A stretch of 64,000 nt of DNA from Adineta vaga (Eukaryota; Animalia; Rotifera): the NCBI GenBank assembly GCA_021613535.1, contig CP075497.1, forward strand, positions 3,224,001 through 3,288,000. The letters run 5' to 3'. The notes beneath the pieces are model-generated. The model was not told where the DNA came from, did not search any database, and saw nothing but the letters and a program-made list of their open reading frames with translations. Below are positions 12,913 through 23,300 of the stretch, in pieces; position 1 is the first letter of the stretch; every line of letters starts with the position of its first letter. A program made the translations under genes and the position numbers.

Positions 12913-14939
12913 TTATTTTTTTTGATCTTTTGATGATGGTGGGAAAAGTTTCGCACTTAATTCTTTCTTATTCACTTTTCCAACTGCATTTCTTTCAAGT
13001 TTATCAACAACTTTCAATTGAGTTGGACATTGATAACCAGGTAATTTCTTTTTACAATAATCTCGTAATTGTTCAAGTGTCAAATCTTGTTCTTTTTTGC
13101 CAGGTTGAAGAACAATAATTGCAGTAACACGTTCACCCCATTCTAAATCTTTCACACCGATAACAACACATTCACTAACAAGTGGATGATGAAGAATAAC
13201 TGTTTCAATATCTAAAGCTGATATTTTATAGCCACCCGATTTAATGATATCAACAGATGAACGACCAAGAATACGAAATGTATTATTATCTTTATCATAT
13301 TCAGCCATATCTCCTATAAAACAAATAGAATTATCTTTACTGATGTTTCCCATCTTGTTAAGATGTTTAGATGCATTTACCCATCATATAATACCCTTGA
13401 GAATCGAAAGCTTTTCGAGTTGCTTCTTCTTTATTGAAATAGTACTTGAATAGAGCTGGTCCTTTAACATACATTTCTCCTTGCACTTTTCCATCATGTT
13501 CTAAATGAATATCACAAAGAAAACTTTCAATCAATGTCTTTTGTTGGATCAATTAACCTTTTTGTAAAATTTTCACTTTATCATATGTTCCTTCAGCAAC
13601 AATTTGATCGTTATTCTGTTCATCTTTTTGAACTAAACGAACGGTTAAATCAGGCATTGGAAGGCCAACACGACCTTAAAACATATTTTCGTTCCATTAA
13701 ATTTTCGTTTGAAAAAGCAACAAAGTGTTTTACCAGCTAATTTTTTTCCATCAAGTTTATTGGATAAGACACGTCCGGTTTCCGATGAACCAAATTGTTC
13801 TACAATTTCAAAACCTGTTAAATCATGCCATTTTTGAAATGTTGATTCAGGCAAAGCTGCTGAGCCGGATAGAAAAAGTCTATGATGAAAACAAAAACTA
13901 AAGACAACTCTTTCAACAATTCATCAATACCGCATATGATCTGAACACCGTTTTTTGACATCTTTATTCTTAGATGATTTTGCGATATGTTCAATAAGTT
14001 TTATGTAAATTGTTGGTACAGCTGAGAATACATTAATTGGTGGATCCTTATCATTAAGAAGATGATCCCATGTCTAAAAACAACTTTCAATTACAAAATG
14101 AATAATAATCTAATTAACAACTTGTTCAGCATCGAATTTATTCATCATTACAACTGTTCCACCAGCATAGAGTGGTGACATAACACAATTAATCATTCCA
14201 TGAACATGATGAAGTGGAAGAACATTTAAAATCGTATCTTCTTTTGTTAAACGCCATGCATACAACATTGCATCCATTTGTGCTCGTAAAGTAGCAATTG
14301 TATGAACGACACCCTAAAAGACTTCTGTGTAGATACATAAAGAAAACATGATCAGGTGTTCTTTACTTTTGGTTTGCCTGTTGTTCCAGATGTATATAGA
14401 ATCAAAGCATCATCAGAACTTTTCGAAAAAATATCTAATTGTTGTTGGTTAGACGATTGAAGAACATTCTTTGTTTTGCCCAATTCAAGATCCTTATTAG
14501 TAAGTATAATCAATGGTATTTGAAATTTATCAGCCAATGGTCGAAGAATGTTTTCATATTCTGGTGAAACAATTAAATGCGAACATTTAGAATCATCGAT
14601 ATAATAATCAAGTAATGCTTGAGGATGATCTTTACAAAGTGGAATACATGTTGCGCGTGAAAGCCAACAAGTCCATTGAGCAACAACGAAGGATGCATCG
14701 GGATTGCAAAGAAAAGCAATACGTTTATTAGCTGATTTTTGTTTTTCATTTGAAACAGAAAGAAGTTTATCACGTAACTGAACAGATGCAGATAATAAAT
14801 GGGAATAAGAATATCGACCATTAGAATCAATTACAGCAATTTTATCAGAATTATCAAGTGCAGAACGATAAACCGAACGTTGAGATAGTAAGAGAAGATT
14901 TTTTTGATTGACAAAACGAAATAAAGATTGCCGAAGCAT
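12913..14939 (-). CDS. ACSF3-like acyl-CoA synthetase, copy B (divergent paralogue)
   Basis: Presequence MLRQSLFRF; [34 protein letters not shown] (variant of ERYGMTE), [31 protein letters not shown]. Confidence 0.85.
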
Positions 14940-16033
14940 TTTGAAGTATGGAGAAAAAGGAGGAAAACAAATACTATGTACGATCTAAAATAGATTATCA
15001 AAGATATGGTAGAATGCTTTGAACTTTGTTCCGATTGATAAAAATAGACAACAAATGTTACGTTTTTGTCCTAATCTATCAAAAAGTACTAAGGGTACTA
15101 TTTTCGTTTTAGATTTATTCGTATCGTATTCCGTTGTACTCTTTTCTTTCGATCGTCGTTCGATGTACCTGAATTTTCGTAGTACTTTCGATTGGTTGTC
15201 ATCTCTTATCCAATCAATATCATATTCAAAGTTATGATAAATTAAATAGGTGGTGGTGCGAATACAGAACTAGTGGCAATAATATTACAGTTTTACTTGT
15301 CTATGATCTGCACGGTTCAAATTACTTAATTTAATGTTAACATAGCAAAATGTCCTGAACCAGCATGAATTAATGAATTTTAATGAAGTTATTTTTGGAA
15401 GAATAAACTTCATATAATGAACTATTATTCAATTTAATAGGATTTTTGTAAGAGAACATTGAGTTTTTTCTTGTTATGAAACGTCGTCTATCCAAGGAAG
15501 ATAATCAGAGCAATATAATACTAATTACTTTTAGTTCGAACAGTTCACAGAGAAGAAAATAGTATTATGAAATCAAAACTGAATAGTGATATCCGATAAT
15601 TGTATAAATATATCCAATATTCGTATAAAGTAACAATAAACATAGAGATTTATAAAGTGTCATGATACCATTCAAAGATTGTGTAGTATTATATCATGTT
15701 GATGAGAGTTATTTTCGTATAAAAAAAATTAGAAATGATCAGATCATGTCGATGTGATTTATAGTAATATTTGTATTCAATATTTATCGATGTGGAAGCG
15801 TTGGTAAAGAGAAACATCCAATTATATGTTGGGGATCGCATCTGTCTCATTAATTTTGAGTTTTCTTCTCTAAACATTCGTCTAGATTAAGCGAGAAAAA
15901 AAGAGAGAAAGAGAAGGAAAATCTGGAATAAACAGAAAATAATTGATTAGAGAGAAACATAGAAGGAAGTATTTCTTTATCTATTATTCATTACGGAAAC
16001 ACAAGAAACTAATTCATCTGTGTCATTGGCATC

Positions 16034-17038
16034 ATGTTAAATGAAACAGAACATAATGTAATATTACAATATAATTTTATATCTCAACAATTAACAAAAT
16101 ATGCTGGTATTTTACTATATATTCTTTGTTTTTTTGGAACTATGATGAATATTCTATCATTTAAATGTCAAACATATAGAAATCGATCTTGTTCTCTGTA
16201 TCTTTTAATTGCTTCACTATTTGATTTTCTTCATTTAAATCTTGGACCTTTATCAAATATTATTGAATATGGTTTCAATTACAATTGGGCAATACATTCC
16301 ATTGCATTTTGTAAAATCAAACATTATCTTAATTTTATCTTTTCTGTTATATCAGCAACATTAACAACATTCGTTAGTATTGAACGATATATTCTCAGTT
16401 CAAGAAAAAATGCTAGATGGAAATATTGTACTCGACCTTTTGCAGTACGATGCATTCAGTTTACTATTCTATTCTGGTTGATTATTTCAATTCCTATTCT
16501 TTTTTGTTATACTCGTTCTCATCATATATCTCATAATGAACAATTTGTTTGCTCAAATACTTTTCATAGTTTTATCTGTAGATTAACTCAACTGTTATAC
16601 ATCTGTATATTCAATGGATTTCTACCTCCGATTATTATGATGATTTTTAGTTTATTAACTTGTCGCAATATTCAACAACTTCGACAACGATCATTATTAA
16701 AATCAGTTCTCATTCAAACAACAAACTATCAAATCACGACAATGTTTATTCTTCAATCAATTAAATCAAGTTTTACTTCACTTCCTTTTGCAATTTTCAA
16801 TACTTATTTATTACTTACAAATAAGATGCCGAAATCGGCATTGAATCAAGCAAAAGAAAATTTAATCTATCAAATAGTTTATTTACTTTTCTGGAGTAAT
16901 TATACAAGTTTTTTTGTTTACATGTATTCATCGGATATTTTTCGGAAACAATGGACAAAAACTTTGAGAAAATTGATGTATTATCTACGTAAAAGCAAAC
17001 AATCAAAATATTATTATCGTACGCAGTTAGTTCTATGA
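16034..17038 (+). CDS. Class A (rhodopsin-like) orphan GPCR, single exon
   Basis: 334-aa ORF with 7 hydrophobic segments, N-glycosylation sequon, FCK at the start of TM3, SIERY (DRY-like), FFVYMYSSDIFRK helix 8. Confidence 0.85.
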   Translation: MLNETEHNVILQYNFISQQLTKYAGILLYILCFFGTMMNILSFKCQTYRNRSCSLYLLIASLFDFLHLNLGPLSNIIEYGFNYNWAIHSIAFCKIKHYLNFIFSVISATLTTFVSIERYILSSRKNARWKYCTRPFAVRCIQFTILFWLIISIPILFCYTRSHHISHNEQFVCSNTFHSFICRLTQLLYICIFNGFLPPIIMMIFSLLTCRNIQQLRQRSLLKSVLIQTTNYQITTMFILQSIKSSFTSLPFAIFNTYLLLTNKMPKSALNQAKENLIYQIVYLLFWSNYTSFFVYMYSSDIFRKQWTKTLRKLMYYLRKSKQSKYYYRTQLVL

Positions 17039-17467
17039 AAATATGTTCAGTTTATTAATTAATAAAAGTAAAACTTGGTATATTTATGTTGGAAAGGTTT
17101 TTCTCGCGCCATTGCCTGACTTGCAATAGGTTTCAGATCATTGAGAATGCTCTACTTTTGTTGGTAATTTGGAAAGTCGAGATGTACTATTAATATCTCT
17201 GCATCTTAATACTAGATCATAAAAGTACGTCATAATTGATAGATATTGCAACGGAAACATGTTCAAGTAGGTTTCTCATGCATCTCATAGAATATTAATC
17301 TCTCCTTGAATGATGTAACGGAAGTCTAAAGTTTTATATGCACGTAATGATCTTTCAAAATCTTGCTGTTAATTGATGAAAAACGTGTTCATACAACTTT
17401 TAGATCTCTGTATTGAAAACTCTTAATGACTAAGTGTATTTCTGTTTTATGGTAATTTTAAAGTCAT

Positions 17468-17550
17468 AGTTGACTAAAATTATTAGCTTTTGAAAGATGA
17501 AAAAGAAACGAAGATTTTATGAATCACTATTATATTCATCATAATCTATA
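17468..17550 (+). repeat. Local duplication segment 1; copy at ~19784-19866
   Basis: agcttttgaaagatgaaaaagaaacgaagatttt.tgaatc.ctat..tattcatcataatctata occurs at both positions. Confidence 0.9.
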
Positions 17551-18273
17551 AATTGTCGAGGTTTCTCAAAATCAAGCCTAGAATAATGAACATTGTATTT
17601 TAGTTCTACAAGTGTATTTCGTTAGTCATATTCACAAACATAATACTGATCAATATTTTTGTCATGTTGAAAAATGACCTGACACGTATTTGAATATTAA
17701 GATAGTGCAGTGTTCGACTGATGGATACTTCATCGATAGCAACTACTAAAATGATATGTGACCATATCAAAGTTGATTCAGCTGTTTCGTCTATAGAGTT
17801 ATAATAAAGAGTGCTTCGTTGAGTTGTATTGAGTACATGGTTGATTATCTTTATCGAATACAATGATTGTTGCTTGTATTCTAGAATAAATCCCACAAAT
17901 AGTCCCATAAATTCTATTATGAGAGAATGACTTTACTTAAAGTCCTCGGGCTATACTAGATAAAGACAAAGTTGTGGCAAACGAGAAGAGAAGATCTTTT
18001 CCAACAATCAGTAGTGTTAGCTAAGGAGTATTCAAATAATCTGAAAATTAATGCATTTCTTCTGACAATAAATAATTCGAAAGAATATTTTACAAATATC
18101 TTTTGATATATATATTCGACCAAAAAGTTTCATACTTTGTTAATTATTATCGAGTTTCTCTTCTCCCAATCTAAAAACCCTTGTGACTTTGATGGAGTAG
18201 AGAACTACATGTGAATGTTTGCTGTGCATCATGTGCTACAAGTAGAAACGAGATTAAAACGATTTGCATACTA

Positions 18274-18332
18274 TACTTTGTCTTGTAATACGATAGAAAT
18301 TGAAAAGAAAGTGATCAGCTGTCCTGAATATG
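18274..18332 (+). repeat. Local duplication segment 2; copy at ~19869-19927
   Basis: tactttgtcttg.aatacgatagaaattgaaaagaaagtgatca.ctgtcct.aatatg occurs at both positions. Confidence 0.9.
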
Positions 18333-18352
18333 GGAGTAGTGTAGAAATCGTT

Positions 18353-18574
18353 AACTCGATTCGAGTATTAAACTTATATATCTAGAAGTCGAAGCTTCGA
18401 GTTCTAAGCTAGTCCACCTCCAGACTTTGCTCTTTACCTTTAAACACCCCCACCCATACCCATACCCACATCCACTCTCGATTTGACATTTCAAATTTAT
18501 GATCTAAGGCTCAAAAGTTTAAAAGTTTAAAACTCGAATTCAAAAATTTAATACTCGAAACTTCTTTTCGAGTT
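18353..18574. mobile_element. Small degenerate inverted-repeat (MITE-like) element with an internal C-rich hexamer tract
   Basis: Left aactcga.tcgagtattaaa...ttcgagttctaagct is the reverse complement of right agtttaaaactcgaa...tttaatactcga...tcgagtt; no ORF. Confidence 0.5.
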
Positions 18575-19135
18575 GTGCATGTATGCTGATTTCCATTTGA
18601 AATAAAGTCTCTTTTTTTGTCTCTAAATTCAGATTGAAATATAATAGATCATTGTATGGAAACAGACGGAAATTGTACGGTCAATTTTAGGTGACCATTC
18701 GAACTCTTCAAAGAAGAAATTTATGATACGAATAATAAGAAATATTGGTAAGAGATTGATATACCTCTTTTATTTATAGAAAGAAATTTTGTCTATTTAG
18801 AAGAATTAATTTCGAAAGCAGATGTTCAAGATTTCGATGTCAATTTTATGAAAGAATATGCAAAATTAAGCGAGCTCATGTTGTCTTCATTATTTGATTT
18901 GGAATGTAAACATTGATGTGCTTCTCTTTATTTCTTTTTTGTGAAAATATAATATGTCTATCAGAAATATACTAATAATTTGCCAGATTTGTGTATTCTT
19001 CTATGAAATATCGAACAATACTTTTTTAATAGAAAGACATAACAAATTATTTTCCTTATTTTGATGAACTATAAGGAAGGGGCTTAAAAAGCATTAAGTT
19101 CGTTTAAAAATTTATTATATTTATTGTATTTTCCT

Positions 19136-19785
19136 CTGACGAGGGAAGGTCCCCAACTGTCAAATCGCTTTCGATAGTCAGGAGTACGTGCATAACGTAA
19201 GTCCCAATGAGCTATGAATACTCTAAAAAGAGTTTGGGCCACTAGTTTATTACTGTTGAAGTACTTCATTTTTGCGATATTTTCAAGGGCAATGCTGCGG
19301 TCCCATTAAGGAACACAAGAAAAACAGGATTTCGAATTTTGACTTGAAACTTGACACAGAAGCAGTCTTGAGTAAGAGTATTTTATTGTAAAAGCTACTG
19401 ATCTGTTGGTTGTTCCTATGCTGAAATAAGAACATTAAAACCTGTCCTGAGAATACGAATGATGTAAGAAACATGCTTTTTAGCCGTATTTAAGGATAGG
19501 AACAATCAACAGATCTGAAACTTTCACAATAGACTACTCTCATAGAAACCTATTTGTGTGCAAAGTTTCAACTCAAAATTCGAAAATCATTTTTTCTAGC
19601 TCCTGGGAGAATGAAGCGGAACCACGGTATTGTGCTTTAAAATATCGCAAAAATGGAGTATCTCAAAAGTAATAAGCTAGCAGCCTAAACTCTTTTCAAA
19701 GTATTCATCGCTCATTGGGACTTACATTTATGCACATACTCCTGACTCGAAAGTGATTTGACAGTTGGGGACCTTCCACCGTCAG
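19136..19785. mobile_element. ~650-bp foldback/MITE-like palindromic element
   Basis: Left arm ctgacgagggaaggtccccaactgtcaaatcgctttcga...gatctgttggttgttcctat pairs with right arm ataggaacaatcaacagatc...tcgaaagtgatttgacagttggggaccttccaccgtcag; imperfect ~310-bp arms with a small central loop. Confidence 0.85.
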
Positions 19786-20348
19786 TTAACTAAAAACATG
19801 AGCTTTTGAAAGATGAAAAAGAAACGAAGATTTTGTGAATCGCTATCCTATTCATCATAATCTATATTTACTTTGTCTTGAAATACGATAGAAATTGAAA
19901 AGAAAGTGATCAACTGTCCTAAATATGTTTGTGATATTGAGCATCGTATTGCCAGTTAGCATTCTCGCTTATTACATTAAATACAAGTCTACAGTACAGC
20001 CATTATTAAACGATTCTTTCTATCGACAGATGTCCTAATATACTGATAGAAAATTTCATACAATTTGATTGGAGTGATTATATATCCTTCATTCTTGCAC
20101 GTACAATCCATCGAATATTTCGCATATATTCTTGGCATCGCTTGTACTTAGCACATGCATTAATTTATCTTTTTAACTGTACTAGATTTAACACAGGAGA
20201 ATGTAGAAAAAGATAAATTTCTATTAGAATCCCTCGATAAAGCACGAGTATTTAATCACACCAGCGACTCTTATTCTTTCATAAAAATACTTGAATCGCT
20301 ATTACTTATAAACACGAAACTATCATCGGTCTTTGCTTTCATTTGAAG

Positions 20349-23300
20349 ATGAAACGTGGGTCATTAATCCTTGAAGATGGTTCTGAATTTAATGGTTATG
20401 TATTTGGAGCAGAAACAAATACTTCTGGAGAAGTTGGTAAGGATCTTGGCAAGAAATATTTCCATTTCTATTTATTGTTTTCGATTGTAGTCTTTCAAAC
20501 TGGTATGGTTGGTTATACAGAATCATTAACAGATCCGTCGTATTGTGGTGAAATTCTTGTTCTTACTTTTCCATTGATTGGCAATTATGGTTTGTTATTT
20601 TGATCTTCAATTGAAAATCTTTATCGAATTTCATTCAATTTCTTTTTGTTCAGGTGTGCCAGATGAAAAAGCTGTTGATGAATTTGGTTTATTTCGATGG
20701 GTTGAATCAAGCAAAATTTTTGCATCTGCATTGATTGTTAGTGCTCATACTGAACAGTATAGCCATTGGAATGCTGTTGAATCTCTATCATCATGGTTGA
20801 AGAAACATAATGTTCCTGGTCTATATGGTTAGTCTTCGTATTTTTTATTGTTGGTTATTATTCGATCGAAGAATAATTGTTGATATTTAGGAATTGATAC
20901 ACGAATGTTAACAAAAAAACTTCGTGAACATGGAACAATGCTTGGCAAAGTAAATCGTTCTTATTCTCATTTCAATCTTTTTTATAGTGAATTATCATTA
21001 GATTGTTATCGAAGGAACTGATCCAAAATCCATTACATTCCAAGATCAAAATAAAGCTAATCTAATGATGCAAGTTTCCATTCCAGTAAATGAATTTGTT
21101 GAATATTTTTCTTCAGTAATTTATATTGTTGCTTGATTAGAAACCACGTGTTTTTAATCCAACAGGAAAAATATCGATTGCTTGTATTGATTGTGGTCTG
21201 AAATACAATCAATTACGAATTCTATGCCAACTGGGTGCAAAAGTAACTGTATTTCCATGGAATCACCCTGTGAAACAAGAGGGTATAATGTTCTTTAAAA
21301 AAATTCATTAGCAAATTCTTCAATGACCTTTATTCTCATATAGAATTTGATGGTTTATTTTTGAGTAATGGTCCTGGTGATCCTCAAAGTCAATGTCCAG
21401 AAACAATTGAAACAATTTCCACATGGTTGAATAGTAAAACTGTCAAACCAATCTTTGGTATTTGTCTTGGCCATCAGGTACATCTTCGTCCAGTATATTT
21501 ACTTCTTTAGATTTAAACAATCTATACTTTTCTAGTTGATGGCATTGGCTGCAGGGATGAAAACAGCTAAATTGAAGTATGGTAATCGTGGTCACAATCA
21601 AGTAGGTTTTTTTGAGAAAAAAATCAGTTTCAATAGTTACGTTTGTTTTGGATTGGTAGCCATGCTTATTGGAAGGAACAGAACGATGCTTTATAACTTC
21701 ACAAAATCATGGATTTGCTGTACAAACAGCACAAGGTTTACCGTCAGATTGGAGTGTACTATTTACCAACCAGAATGATCAATCGAATGAAGGCATTGTA
21801 CACAATTCCAAACCATTTTTTAGTGTGCAGTTTCATCCTGAACATTGTGCAGGACCACGTGATACTGAGTGTCTTTTCCAAGTATTTCTTGATGTTGTTC
21901 AAACATTCAAATCAAAGAATCCAATTAATGTGAAGTCTTATTTACTCGAACAGTTAACTCGACGTTGTAGTGATGAGAATGCACCACCACCAGCTTTTTG
22001 TGCTCGAGTTCGAAAAGTCTTAATACTTGGTAGTGGAGGTTTAACCATTGGACAAGCTGGTGAATTTGATTACTCCGGTTTGTTTTTTCAATCTAGAATT
22101 TCTCGCTAACATGATTCTATATTTTGAATTCTTATTCAATAGGAACACAAGCAATAAAAGCAATGAATGAAGAAAACATTTATACTGTGCTAATTAATCC
22201 AAATATAGCTACTGTTCAAACATCGAAAGGTCTTGCAAATAAAGTCTTCTTTCTACCTATTACACCAGCTTATGTGGAGGAAGTCATTCGTAATGAACGT
22301 CCTGATGGTATTTTACTTAGTTTCGGAGGACAAACTGCATTGAATTGTGGAGTACAATTACATGAATCAGGTATTTTACAAAAATATGCATGCAATGTAT
22401 TAGGGTAAGTAAATCGAAGTATTCTATAATTGAATCTGATTGTTTCGTTTTTGTTTACGTGAATAGAACACCAATTAAATCGATACAAGTAACAGAAGAT
22501 CGATCTTTATTCGCACAAAAAATGGCAAATATTGGTGAAAAAGTTGCACCATGCGAAGCTGTTCTATCTCTTGAAGAAGTAAGATTTATCAAGATGTAAC
22601 GTCTTATGTAAAATCATCTATATTATTAGGCGTTAGCATCAGCTGAACGACTTGGTTATCCAGTTCTTGTTCGGTTTGTATATTATTGCGACAAATCTTC
22701 ATAACAATTGATTTTATCTTTGTAGTGCTGCTTTCGCTCTTGGTGGTCTTGGCTCAGGGTTTGCCGATAATCGTGAAGAACTTATTCCATTAGTGACTTC
22801 TGCATTGGCACATTCATCTCAACTATTAATCGATAAATCTCTCAAAGGTTGGAAAGAAGTTGAATATGAAGTTGTTCGTGATCAATATGATAACTGTATT
22901 GTGGTATGTTTAACATGAAATTTCTCCTTAGAGATGATCAATACCTCTTCTGTTTTGGTTTCAAGGTTTGCAATATGGAAAATATTGATCCATTAGGAAT
23001 TCATACGGGTGAATCTATTGTTGTTGCACCAAGTCAAACATTATCCAATGAAGAATATAATTTATTACGAAGCGTTTCAATTAAAGTTGTTCGACATTTA
23101 GGTATTGTTGGTGAATGCAATGTTCAATATGCATTAAATCCATCACGTAGTGAATATTATATAATTGAAGTTAATGCAAGATTATCACGTTCATCTGCAT
23201 TGGCATCGAAAGCTACTGGTTATCCACTCGCTTATATAGCAGCTAAACTTGCATTAGGAATGAGTTTAGTTCGATTAAAAAATAGTATAACAAATGAAAC

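Noticed and set aside
17600-18030. Coding-looking stretch and the 100-aa minus-strand ORF 17606-17908 as a transposase or pseudogene
   Set aside because: No recognisable motif; stop density in the + frame examined is about what random AT-rich DNA gives.
19084-19474. Short ORFs overlapping the palindrome
   Set aside because: No homology signal; by-products of the GC-richer repeat.
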